Assembly (NCBI GenBank): GCA_964016885.1
Contig: OZ024745.1
Span: forward strand, 88,784,001 to 88,848,000
Source of the DNA: Eledone cirrhosa
Taxonomy: Eukaryota
Reading direction: 5' to 3'
DNA: 64,000 nucleotides
The notes beneath the pieces were generated by a model that saw only the letters and a list, made by a program, of their open reading frames with translations, made no database searches and was not told the DNA's origin. Shown in pieces: positions 12,357 through 25,500 of the stretch. Each line of letters begins with the position of its first letter. Positions within the stretch are counted from its first letter, which is position 1. A program made the translations under genes and the position numbers.

Positions 12357-12444
12357 CATCTGTATTAAAACTTTTATACTCTGCTATCTATTGAATACCT
12401 TACTTACTACTGTGGTTACCTCCGATTCAACCCGGTATAACTTA

Positions 12445-12484
<40 letters not shown>

Positions 12485-12758
12485 TTAGTTAAGCAAAACG
12501 AGACCACAAATTCCACAAGGAAGACATTATTAAAAGATTGTCAACATATTTTAGTTTGATGTAAGGATTGTAGAGAATAATAATAATAATAATAATATTA
12601 ATAATAATAATGTCCGTTTACAATTGTTACGCTACTCCATATGATATTTCTGTATCAGATGACTATATATCATAATTGATCTGGTTCAGTTGAAAATAAT
12701 TAACATATTTAAAAGACAGAGCGGCTCATCGGAACTTCAAAGGAATACAAATTAAAAT

Positions 12759-12947
12759 AATTGTTTCTACTTTAGGCACAAGGCCACCAATTACCCAGTG
12801 CATTACTGGTACTTTATTTTATATTAAAATAATTGTTTCTACGTGTGGCACAAGGCCACAATTACCCAGTGCATTACTGGTACTTTGTTTTATCGACCCC
12901 GTAAGGATGAAAGGCAAAGTTAACCTCGGCGGGATTTGAACTCAGAA
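12759..12947 (-). mobile_element. 5'-truncated SINE with a duplicated 3' end
   Basis: aattgtttctac...ggcacaaggcca..attacccagtgcattactggtacttt occurs twice; B-box at ~12932-12943. Confidence 0.8.
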
Positions 12948-13237
12948 TGGCAATTTTATATTAAAATAATGAGAGAATATTACATAATATTAGAATTAGG
13001 GAAAAACATATATAAATTAATATCCAGAAAATAAACAAACACACACGTGTACTTTCTCACATAAGGGTATTTGAGTCTACATGGAAATACGAACAGGAAC
13101 ATAAATACATACCCACACATATACACAAATATATATGCAATCATATATGTACACACAAACACACATACACACATATAAAAAAGAAAGAGTATACTCTCTT
13201 TTTTTTTACATGTGGGTGTGTGTGCTTGTGTGCACAT

Positions 13238-14902
13238 ATGCATAAGTTAAGTATATACTTTCAAACGTTCAATCGACTGACAGGAAGGTATACGGTGCTA
13301 ATGACAGCTAATTAGCTAGAAACTAGTTCATCGTTCCTTTGTCAGTGTTGAACAAAAGTGCAACGATGGTTGCCGAACACTGTACAGTTAATACTTGGGG
13401 CTGTTTGTTTACAAATAAGCCGAACATTATAATAAATGTTCGGTAAACCTATACGTACATATATATATATATATGTGTGTGTGTGTGTATGTATATACAT
13501 ACTACTGTACGTCTTTATTCATATGTGTATGTACGTATACATACTTATATTTAAGTATCAGCCGTACTAAGAGTGAGAAATGAAAACTCATTTCATTTTT
13601 TCCGTTTATCGTTTGCGGTGCGCCCGGCCGATTAACGCACTTGAAATGCAGATTAGGCTGCTCAGCCGTTATTATACATAAGGAAAGTATATACTTTCAA
13701 ACGTTCAATCGACTAACAGGAAGGTATACGGTGCTGATGTCAGCTAATAAGCTAGAAACTAGTTCATCGTTCCTTTGTCAGTGTTGAACAAAAGGACAAC
13801 GATGGTTGCCGAACACTGTACGGCTAATAATTCGGGATGTTTGTTTACAAACAAACCGAGCATTATAATAAATGTTCGGTAAACCCATACGTACATATAT
13901 ATATGTGTGCATGTATGTATGTATATAGATACTACTGTACGCCTTTATACATATATGTATGTACGTAAACATACTTATATTTAAGTATCAGCCGTACTAA
14001 GAGTGAGAAATGAAATTTCACATTTTCCATTTATCGTTGTCGGTACACCCGGCCGACTAACTCACTCGATATGCAAATTAGGCAACTCAGCCGTTAATAT
14101 GCATAAGGAAAGTATATAATTTCAAACGTTCAATCTACTGACGGGAAGGTATACGTTGCGTATGACAGCTAATAAGCTAGAAACTAGTTCATGGTTCATT
14201 TGTCAATGTTGAACAGACAGGCAACGATGGTTGCCGAACACTGTACGGCTAATAATGCAGGCTGTTTATTTACAAACAAACCGAGCATTATAATAAATGT
14301 TCGGTAAACCTATACGTACATATATATATATATGTGTCGGTGTGTGTGTGTATATACATACTACTGTACGTCTTTATTCATATATGTATGTACGTATACA
14401 TACTTATATTTAAGTATCAGCCGCACTAAGAGTGAGAAATGAAAATTCATTTCATTTTTTCCGTTTATCGTTTGCGGTGCGCCCGGCCGATTAACGCACT
14501 TGAAATGCAGATTAGGCTGCTCAGCCGTTAATATACATAAGGAAAGTATATACTTTCAAACGTTCAATCGACTAACAGGAAGGTATACGGTGCTGATGTC
14601 AGCTAATAAGCTAGAAACTAGTTCATCGTTCCTTTGTCAGTGTTGAACAAAAGGACAACGATGGTTGCCGAACACTGTACGGCTAATAATTCGGGCTGTT
14701 TGTTTACAAATAAACCGAGCATTATAATAAATGTTTGGTAAACCCATACGTACATATATATATATATATGTGTGCATGTATGTATGTATATACATACTAC
14801 TGTACGTCTGTATACATATATGTATGTACGTATACATACTTATATTTAAGTAACAGCCGTACTAAGAGTGAGAAACGAAATTTCGTTTCATTTTTTCCGT
14901 TT
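13238..14902 (+). repeat. HHR-containing tandem array 2 (~3.8 units, periods 436/425/434 bp)
   Basis: HHR cores at 13298 (CTAATGA), 13734 (CTGATGT), 14159 (CGTATGA) and 14593 (CTGATGT), each followed by AGCTAATWAGCTAGAAACTAGTT. Confidence 0.88.
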
Positions 14903-14916
14903 ATATATAATATATA

Positions 14917-15083
<167 letters not shown>

Positions 15084-15437
15084 CTGTGTGGTGTGTCTGC
15101 GTGTGTGTATATGTGTGTGTAATTACGTATGTGTGTATTTGCGTGCGTGCGTGTGTGTGTGTGTATTTATACGGGTTTCTGTGGTCTCCACCGTAATGAA
15201 ACTTTATGTGGATGAGGAACTGTAATTGCCAATCTACGGAGAGAATTTGAAATGACTTGCAATCATTTTTACCAGTCAGTGAGTAATATTACCTTCCAAA
15301 CAAATCTACGAGTAATTAACTTCAGAGATGTGACCCGTAAAACATTAATAATTAATACTTCATATTCCGCAAACCCAGTGTAACCATTATTGCTGAGTAT
15401 CATAAATATTTTCATAAAGATCGTAGCAGTAACTCAA

Positions 15438-15762
15438 CAGGCTCTCCGTCGCTTACGACGACTAGTGTTTCAGTTGATACGATCAACGGAGCATCCTTCT
15501 TGTGAAATTACCGTGCACCTGGCTGTGCATTCTTACAAATACGTGTACCCATAACGTAGTTCTCAGGGAGATTCAGTGTGACAGAGAATGTGACAAGGCT
15601 GGCCTTTCGAATTACTGGTACAACTCAATTTTGCCAGCTCAGATGACGAGAGCAACGTAAAATAAAATTTCTTGCTCATGGACACAAGGCATCAAAGTGA
15701 CTCGAACTCACGACCTTACAATAATGAACAGATTACCCTACCCATAAAGCCACGCGCTTTCA
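15438..15762 (-). mobile_element. Second tRNA-derived SINE family with a CORE-like domain (diverged)
   Basis: Minus strand tgaaagcgcgtggctttatgggtagg (A-box), gtcgtgagttcgagtc (B-box), CORE-like tgtgtccatgagcaagaaatttt. Confidence 0.75.
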
Positions 15763-16018
15763 CGTAAATATTGTTGATTATATATGCAAATGACCATAGA
15801 TTTACATATTCCCCAACTTCTTATAATGAAGATTTATGACGAAACGGAGTTTTAGAAAATGTATTCTGTTGCAATAGAGACAAGAATAGAAACATTCGTC
15901 TTCCTCAGCTGCAACATTTAAAGACAATAAAAGGTTTATTAAAAGTACTAAAATATCGTATTTCAAAGTAACATAATATAACCCAAATATAGCTGTCGTT
16001 TTTTCTATCTAACTATCT

Positions 16019-16100
<82 letters not shown>

Positions 16101-16104
<4 letters not shown>

Positions 16105-16995
16105 GTTAGAAACTCAGAGTAGTCTCTTACAATTTAATAGCTCCAAGAAGAAAGTTTTTCCGAGCCGTACAATATAATTGAATAAACAAGAGAGAAGTAC
16201 ACTAATATAAACATCCATGTGTTCGAATCGTAAGGACCAAGTTTGCTAGGGTGAAAAAGTACTAACTACAGCAATATCGTTTGTCAGATTTAATTTTAAA
16301 TATTAAATTAAGAAAAATAACAGACCTATATTGGGCAATCGCCTGGTAACCACTAGACAGTTTTAGAGACTGTTTCGCAACATCTTATTAAGTGAAGTCC
16401 ACTCTTTTCTCTGCTCCTCGCCAGTTGTTGGGAAATTAGGGATCCTTCCACTTCTAAAAATATGATTGACTGAATTGCGTGCCATAAGAATTATCACACA
16501 TGTCTTCGGAACCCAGCATGTCTTGAAATTCCATGCCGCTAAAGATAGTAGCCTGGCCAACAGGACATTAAAATTAGGTCTACATGATGGAGCCGACAAA
16601 TATATAGTGAGTTAGAAACTCAGAGTAGTCCCTTACAATTAAATAGCTCCAAGTAAAAAGCTTTTCCGAACCGTACAATATAATGGAATAAACAAGAGAG
16701 ATGAACACTAATATAAACATACATGTGTTCGAATCGTAAGACCGAAGTTTGCTAGGGTGAAAAAATACTAACTAAAGCAATATGGTTTGTCAGGCTTAAT
16801 TTTAAATATTAAATTAAGAAAAATAACAGACCTATATTGGGCATTCGCCTGGTAATAACTAGACAGTTTGGGAGACTGTTCGCAACATCTTATTAAGTGA
16901 AGTCCACTCTTTTCTCTGCTCCTGAGCCGTTGTTGAGAAATTAGTGATCCTTCCACTTTAAAAATATTATAGATTGAATTGCGTGCGATGAGAAA
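16101..16995 (-). repeat. Tandem ~506-bp repeat (~1.8 units) carrying a degenerate HHR
   Basis: gtgagttagaaactcagagtagtc at 16101 and 16607; minus-strand CUGGCGA...GAAACAGU-CUCUAAA-ACUGUC at 16356-16424. Confidence 0.7.
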
Positions 16996-17012
16996 TATCA
17001 TCTGGTGTCTGT

Positions 17013-17390
17013 GTGTAACATGTACATAAACAAATAAATAAACAAATAAAAACACACACAGATACCCGGATGCAATATATGCGCAAACCAAGCACACACA
17101 GACACAAAAACAAGATGGCGTAGGAGAGGCACAAAACAAAGAAAAGAATCCCCAGTAACTTAAGAGGTCACAGAATGTACAACAAAAGAACTTTGACAAT
17201 AAATCCGGTTGTGGAACCAACCAACCAACCGGAAATTTATAAAATTTATGAAATTTATAATAAATTGAAGTGAAAGCACTGGTGCGTGTGTTTCTTATTG
17301 GCAACATGACCCTCCCAAAGTATAACAATATCGGTTTCAACACACGTTTTCAGATAAAGAATCTTGCTAATCAAATTCAGAAACGAAATA
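17013..17390 (+). mobile_element. Solo Penelope pseudo-LTR copy, inverted relative to 11095-11505, HHR degenerate
   Basis: Reverse complement of 11095-11505; core decayed to CTTAAGA...CAAAA at 17155-17197. Confidence 0.8.
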
Positions 17391-17396
17391 TATATA

Positions 17397-17606
17397 TATC
17401 AACTAGAAATAGATTGACATATATATATATAAAATAAACATATGGAACAATCACAGGGGATAATTTGTAAAGTATGTAAGTTCTAGTTAAACTTTAATTG
17501 GTTACCTACCTAGCTATGTGCGTTTACATACTTTACAAATTATACCATGTGATTGTTCCATATGTTTATTTTATATATATATATGTCAATCTATTTATAG
17601 TTGATA
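17397..17606. repeat. Inverted repeat with ~80-bp arms and ~45-bp spacer
   Basis: atcaactagaaatagattgacat...tttgtaaagtatgtaa is mirrored by ttacatactttacaaa...atgtcaatctatttatagttgat. Confidence 0.8.
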
Positions 17607-17700
17607 TGAAATGCTCGGATCTATTCATTGGAATCTTTGAGCTTATTCTGCAGTGGGTATGGGACATGTCTCTCAGACATGACAACCCTTAATTTAATTT

Positions 17701-17747
<47 letters not shown>

Positions 17748-17799
17748 TGGTTACCTACGTAGGTAAATAGATATATATATATATTTATTTATTTATTTA

Positions 17800-18549
17800 T
17801 TTATTAAAATATCATTAAAGTTTAAGCAAAGAATCACTGCTTTCACCCTTAACGGGATCTTCTGAAACTAAAAAGAATCAATCTGTGAACGCAGAAGTAA
17901 ATATTTCGAAAGACGTTGCAACGGAAAGAAAGCTTGGTACTTTGGTTAGAAAAGATGGTACTTTGGTTCGTGAAGACGTTCCCTGGCAATGAACAGAATA
18001 AATACACATATACACATAACCATATACAAATGTACCAGTACAAGTGTATATTGTTATGTGTATTTTGTGTTTGTGTGTGTATGCGTGTTTGCACGTATAT
18101 AAGGTGAGTATATGTGTACTTTGTGTTTTGGTTGACGTTCGTTTAGTGAAGATATGTGTATTTACCTGTAGGTATGTGTGTGCGTGCGTTATATACGTAT
18201 GTATGTGTGCATATTTATATACTTTTATATAATTATATGATACACACACATATATATATCATTTTATGTGTATTTGGTGTATACTTTAGTATTTGTGCAG
18301 GTTCAGGTGTCGCGCGGGTTTATGTATGCGTGCGAGTCTTTATGTGTACGTGCTTGTATATGCATGCATGGCGGGTGTTTTCGCGTATGCATGTGTAAGT
18401 ATCGTCTTTCTGTTTTCCTTAGGTTGCAAGTTTTTTTGAAATATCTACTTCTGCGTTCACAGATTGATTTTTTATAGTTTCAGAAGATCCCGTTAAGGGT
18501 GAAAGCAGCGATTCTTTGCTTAAACTTTAATCTGTTGTTTTAATAAATA
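17800..18549. mobile_element. Non-autonomous TIR element (~120-bp TIRs, TG-rich interior)
   Basis: attaaagtttaagcaaagaatc..ctttcacccttaacgggatcttctgaaacta..aatcaatctgtgaacgcagaagta is inverted at 18422-18549. Confidence 0.75.
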
Positions 18550-18761
18550 TTTGCTCTACGGTTCTTATATATTTGATATATATTTATCCTTATCGAGCCC
18601 TCTTTGTATTTTAGTCTTCAAATTTATTATTATTACTATATACAAACATAAACACACATACACACATACATACATATACATACCCACACATGTGCACACA
18701 TATACACACATATACACATACATAAACACATACACATACATATGTATATATACACGAACAT

Positions 18762-18793
<32 letters not shown>

Positions 18794-18984
18794 GTTGGCT
18801 GCCCCCTCGTTATCGAGTAAGGCCATTGCACGAGAAAAAAAACCCCTTAATAATAACAATAATAATAATAAAAATAACAACAATAATAATAACGACAACA
18901 ACAACAATAATAATATACACATACGCGCACACAGATAAACATATCTACACACACGATAGCAATTAACAGCGCTGTGATCGAATG

Positions 18985-21900
18985 TGACTTTTTACCCCAG
19001 CCAATGATCTAAAATGTCTTGCACAGAGTTGGCAACCTAAACATTCACTGGGAATAGCCGGCTGTGGTTGGAGTTCATGTACTTCTGCATGTCATTTGAG
19101 CCCTCCTGCTGATTTACATTCTCTACTACATGCTTGACAAGCATGATGAGTAGCATCTCCAACAGCATCCTGGTAGTCAATCACTGGTCTTACTTTATGA
19201 CTGCGAAGATGACTTTCGAGTCCATCTTTATTTAGGCAGAGTTTCACACAGACGCTGCATGTCAGCGCCATAGGACGACCTTCGCCGTCTGGAAGTGCAA
19301 CAGCAATGCCCTTCCTCACATCCCGCTTTACTTTCTCGTATGCGATTCGAGATGCCTCAAAGGCAACTTTCCCCTAATATACAGTCTTTTTCCATTTATT
19401 ACAATCAGCAGCAACATTTTCCCATGTATCAGCAGAGATGTTAGCGTCTTTCAAAGAGGCTTTCAAGGAATCCTTATACCTCTTTTTTGGTTTATGTGGC
19501 GGTCGTTTTCCTTTAACTAACTCTCCATAAAAGAGTTGTTTTAATATTCTAGAATCCTTCATCCTGGCAAGGTGACCACTCCAACCGAGTCGTTGCTTAA
19601 GCACAAGAGCTTCTATACTGTCACACATAGAGCTTTCCGAAATCTCGACATCACTGATGTGGTCACTCCAGTGAACGCCATGGATCCGTCTGAGACACAT
19701 CTGATGGAAACGCTCCAATTGCTTAAGGTGATGTCGGTATGTGACCCAGGTCTCGCAGGCATAAAGAAGAGAAGGGAGCACACATGCTTTGTACACCTTT
19801 ACCTTTGTCTTCTTGCATAAGTCTCGCCACCCCAGAGTCGCCTTTCTAGCTTTCCGAAAGCATCACTTGCTTTCCTAATCCTGAGTGGGTTTCCATTATC
19901 AAGGTTGCTGTATCAATTGGCAGTGCTTCCCAGGTAGACAAACTGATCAACCACTCCAAGTCGTTTACCATACACATAGATATTTAGTTCACTGTACTGA
20001 TTACCAGAGGTAGGTTGGTACATGACGACGGTTTTCTTGAGACAGACAGTCAATCGTAGGGCAGTGCAAGCATCAGGAAATGCATTCAAAATGTGCTGCA
20101 TATCACTCTCTGTGTGCGCTACAAGATCGCAATCATCTGCATATAGGAGGTCTCTTATGATTGATGTAAATACTTTTGTTTTTGCAGCAAAGCGCCTGAT
20201 ATTAAATATGCTGCCTGAGGTTCGATATCGGATGTAAACACCATGCTCGCATTTCCTGAATGCAATATAGAATACCATTGCAAAGTATTTGACAAACAGA
20301 GTCGGTGCTGGAATATCCCCCTATTTCACTCCATTTTTTACTGAGATAGGCTCCGACATGTTACCTCCGACATTAACCTAAGCCTTCATGTCGGCATGGA
20401 AAGACCTAACTAAAGCAAGGTACTTATTAGGGCAACCAAGTTTCTGGAGAATCTTCAATAATGCATTTCTGTTAGCAGTATCGAAAGCTTTTGTCAGATC
20501 GACAAAAGCCTGATGCATATCCACACCTTGTTCTATGCACTTCTCCTGGAGCTGTCTAGCTGAGAAAATCAAATCAGTAGTGCCGCGTCCAGCACGAAAA
20601 CCAGATTGACATTCAGGAAGAACACAATCTACAATGTGTGTCAGCAGACGGTCCAGAAGCACCCTACATAAAACTTTCCCTACGACAGAAAGCAATGATA
20701 TACCTCTGAAGTTCCCACAATCATTTGCTGTTACCCTTTCCCTGGTACTGCATCTCTCCAGTCCTCAGGTACGGATTCTTATGCCCATATCCTGCCAAAG
20801 AAAGAGTGTAGATGTTGCAGAAGTCTCTCACCACCATATTGCAGGAGCTCTGCATGTAAGCCATCCATACCTGGAGACCTTACACTCTTCAGCTTCGAGA
20901 TAGCCACTGCAACCTCTACAAGCGTCGGAGGTTCTGCGAGAGCTACTTTCACAGGACTTTCTGGAATGAGATTGAGGAAATCTTCATTGACGACAGACGG
21001 CTGATTCAAAAGCTCATGAAAGTGCTCTCGACACCTTCGTAGAATTCCTTGTGAGTCACGAAGAAGTTATTTGTCATCCTTGTTGCGAAGTGGTGTCACC
21101 AGAGAAGAAAACGGTCTGCATAAACCTCACGCAAGAGACTGTACAACAGCTTTGTGTTATTGGAATCAGACGCAGTTTGTATCTCACCAGCCTTCTCACT
21201 CCACCACTAATCCTTCATCTGAGAAAGACTCCGCCTAACATCCGATTTCACATCCTTGAGTTCCTTATGGAACATATTCTTCTATGGTTTTGCCGTCAAG
21301 TAGCGTGACTGAGCATGCCGCTAATCAGCCAACAAGTCTTCTATATGTTCATCATTCTCATTAAACCAGTCTTGATGTTTTCTTTGCACCTATCCCAGAA
21401 CACGCCTGCCTACATCCTAAACCGACTTTTTAAGGGTCGGCAAACCACACCAATATCTGCAACCTGCATCGCTTCTCTCAATGTCCTCTTCACATTTTTA
21501 TCCCTAACACGAGCAGTATTCATTCTTCTGGGCAGGGTAACACCAGGAGCCCGGATTTTACGTTTAGTGATTAGTTTCACTTTTGCGCGTACCAGGCGAT
21601 GGTCCGTCCAAGACTCTGATCCACGAAGAGCACGAACACACCTCACATCCCGTCTGTCACACATCCTTACTAGGATGTGGTATAAAATATGCCATTCCTT
21701 AGATGCAGGATGCATCCATGTGGTCTTAAATTTGTTCTTTTGTTGGAACATGGTGTTGGTAAGACAGATCCAGCTCCTCACACATCTGCAGCAGGAGCAT
21801 TCCATTGTTGTTACACTTTCCCACCCCATGTCTTCCGATTACATTCCATATGTTAAAATACCTACCCACTCTAGCATTAAAGTCATCAAGCACGATGACT

Positions 21901-22400
21901 TTGTCTGCCTGATTTTTCTTAAAACACCTTTCAAGGCATGGTAAAAGGACACTTTTTCTTCATCTACAGAATTTATAGTTGGAGCATACACACTCACCAG
22001 GGTCGCATATCTTCCTTTGTCCAGCGGAATTCTCATGGACATAAGACGCTCACTAATCCCAACTGGGAATTCTTCTAATTTATTCACAAGAACAGTCTTA
22101 GCAGCAAATGCTACCCAGCCCCTCTTCTGGTTCCTTCATCTCTTCCTTTCCAAAGTAATGTATAATCTCCACGAAAATTCTGTAAGATGACCATCTCCAG
22201 CTAACCTCGTCTCAGATAAAGCTACGATATCAAGATCGTAACGTCGAAGCTCCTTTGCAACAAGAGCGGTCCTTCGTTCAGGAGGTTCCAAGAAATCCCT
22301 GTCAAGCAGCGTCCAAACTTTCAAGCAGCCAAGATTAAATGTCTTGTTTGGCTCTATTACAGTGGCACGATGACGAACGAGCCCAGGCTGTGATAACATG
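18985..22400 (-). mobile_element. RTE-clade LINE, near full length, degenerate
   Basis: APE start ERRTALVAKELRRYDLDIVALSETRL; FVDLTKAFD; LLYADDCDL; C-terminal C2H2 CSVC..HLRSH; many stops and frameshifts; end coordinates approximate. Confidence 0.9.
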
Positions 22401-22565
22401 GGGCCCTGCCCTTATTGGCAATTATCTCTTCTGTTCCAGAACCCTTATTGCCAATTATCTCTTTTATATTGTTTTGGAACATCATTGAATTGAGAAAAGA
22501 AAAAAAAAAGTAATGATAATAGTAACAATAATAATAATAATGATTTCTTCTTTATTTATTTATAA

Positions 22566-25500
22566 TGATTTCTTTATTAACCACAAGGGTTTACATAAAG
22601 TAGACATTAAGGACAGTGCAGGAAAATGCATGACGGTACAAATGGGCATTTCTGCGTGTAAAAAGCCAAAAACAGATGATGTAACAAAAAATAACAATGG
22701 AAAATTCCCCAATAGGGGGGAGACTTCGGAGGGACATTTGTGGAGAAAGCCCAGTAAAAAGCCACAATGCCCCTGACCACCAAGGCAAGTGCCCTCTCCC
22801 AGTTTTCCACCTTTAATTTACAGATATATACTCAGAGTAGGCCCATTCACTCGGGCCATTCTTGCTTCTCTCACCCATCTTTCAACAAAATGCTGGGAAG
22901 AGAGCACTTCCCTCTCTACTCTGATTTTCCTTTTCAAATGAAATTTGAAAAAGTCAATCAGAGCATCACCGAAGAGGTAAGTGCTCGTCTTCAGCCCTTT
23001 CAAACGTGTCCACCATACTATCTCTTTCGCCATGGCCACCAGACAGATAAAAACTGCCTGCCCTTCCCGGCTAAAGGAGGAGGGCGGGGCAATCCTCACG
23101 ATGGACTCAGATGATAGCCGGATCCGTCCTAAACGCGACAGCAGGTGTTCGACATAAACCCACAAGTCAGCAATTTTCGGACACTAGACGAGTGCGTGCA
23201 GGACGGTTTCGTCGCCCTGCGCGCATCTCGGACATGCCCGGCTGACGGCACCTCCATGCCTGTAGAGTTTATCCCGAACTGGCAAGGCTCCTCGGTAGCA
23301 CTGCCAGGCCAGAGATTTCTGGAAGTTGTCCATAGGCCCCGCCCCGAAAGTCCTTCCGAAGAGATTGGCTAGTTGATTTTCGTCGACGCCTAGAGTTTCC
23401 CCAAGTACGTCGTCGCTCTTCCCCTCCACTAATCCTCTATAGAACGCCGAGGTGGAGTTTCCACCGATCACATTGCCCGATTGGTCGAGGGCTGTGAGCG
23501 CCTGAAGACATTCCAGTCTCCAGGCGCTCCCTCTCGGTCTTCGCTTGACCCAGGACTGCAGCTCCGTCAAGGAAACGAGCTGGGGAAAAACGCGTCTAGC
23601 AAACGGCGACCACACCTGATCACCGTCGAGGAAGAGGTGGAGATGTCGTAGCCTGAGCGCGTGCCTGCGCATCATCAGCCACGGCATGCCCAGCCCTCCA
23701 CGTAGCGGGTGTTGACAACAGATGGACCGCCTGACCATCGGAGCACGTCCCTTCCACAAAAAGCGAAAGAGCAAACGCTCCAGCGCAGTCAGGCGAGGCT
23801 TAGGACAAGGTACGACGGTCAGGCGGTAGCAGATGACAGACGCGATGTACGCGTTAGCCACCTCCGCTCGACCTTTCAGGGATAGCTTCCTCTCCGCCCA
23901 TTTCTGGGTGAGAGAAGCCACCCTGCTCGTCACCTCGTCCTAGTTTTTGTCCGTCTGGAGGTCCGGACCGAACCAGACCCCTAGCAATTTAACCGGTCCG
24001 TCCGTCCAGCGTCCGACGACGCTGTTGGACGGCATGGACCTGCCTCTCCAGGTGCCGAGCTGCAGGCCCACTGACTTTTCCTGGTTGATCATTGCTCCTG
24101 TCACCGCTTCGTATTCTCTTAGTGTAGTGCCGATCGCCTCGATGTGTTTGGCGTTCGACACTACTACGGTGACATCGTCCGCATATGCTGACACGGATCT
24201 TCCGCATCCTAGTTCGCGCGGGACGCCCCTCAACGTCTCCAGTTTGTGCAGTAATGGCTCGAGAGTCAATACGTACAAGAGGGACGAGAGGGGACATCCT
24301 TGGCGGACCGAGCGCATGATGTTGAACGGTTCCGACAGGTGACCGTTCACTCTCACCACAGAGCAGATGTCGCTGTGCATGGCAGCGATCCAGCCTCTGA
24401 AGACGGGCCCAAAGCCAGCCGCCCTCAGGACTGCCGCTAGGTAACGATGGTCGACCCTATCGAAAGCTTTCGACTGATCTAAATTGATCAAGGACCCACC
24501 CGTGCCAGGTTCCCTAGCTACCCTCTCTACGATGTATCGCATGAGGTGGAGGTTGTCGTGGATGGATCTGTCGGGAATGGCGCATGTCTGCGCCTCTCCC
24601 ACCAGACCACCAACGACAAGCGCCAACCTCTTTGCTAGCACCTTGGCCAAAATCTTGAACTCTGTGTTTAGCAGAGTTATGGGGCGGAAATTTTCTATGT
24701 TATCCCCCTTGTTCGGATCCTTTCTCAGCAGTGCCACCGCTCCTCGGCTCACAGAACTGGGAATTCTCCCGTTCTGTTTCCAGTTGCAGTAGACGTCCGC
24801 CAAGAGGCCTCCGAACAAGTCTGGCATCTGTACGTAAAGTTCATAGGGCAGACCACCCAAACCAGGCGATTTACCCCTTGTGCAGCCAGTCATTGCCTCC
24901 CTTACTTCAGCGGCTGTTATCGGCTTTTCGCAACACTTCGCCTCAGTGGCCGAGAGCCGCGGCAGTCCGTCGAGGTAGACACTAAAGTCCATCCCTCGAC
25001 CCGGCCCACCGCTGCCCCCGAACAGCTGAGCGAAGTGTCGCTGAAAAGCTTCACACATTTGCCCGGGATCGAGTAGCATGCACCCGTCGTGGTCCACCAA
25101 AGACCGGATCGTGGCTTTGTTGCCACGACGCGCCTCCGCCACTCGGGCCCATTGAACGGCTTTCGTCCCCTCGTGTCTGAGAGCACGCACCTTTGCTCTG
25201 ACAACGCAGCCTTCGTGATTTGCATTGAAGAATTGGTCAAGGGCCAATTTCGCCGCAAGCACGTCGGTCGCAATGCCTTTGCTAAGCGCCTCGTCTAATT
25301 TTCTAACTAGTTCTCCCTCTGCTCTATTTTTCTCTATTGCTAAAGTCTTACTAAACCTAATGGATTCTATTCTAATCGCACTTTTCAGAGCAAACCACCA
25401 CTTGTTGTTGACGATGGCCCCCGTCAACGCCCGCTTAACTAGTTCGCTAATCCGGTCTCTGTAGGCCTTTCGCGCTGGTAAGGACGCGTTTAGCTTCCAG

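Noticed and set aside
15817-15858. ATGAAGA-tttatgac-GAAAC-gga-GTT with a weak ttct/agaa helix
   Set aside because: C3 is missing and helix II cannot form; at best an unrecognisably decayed HHR
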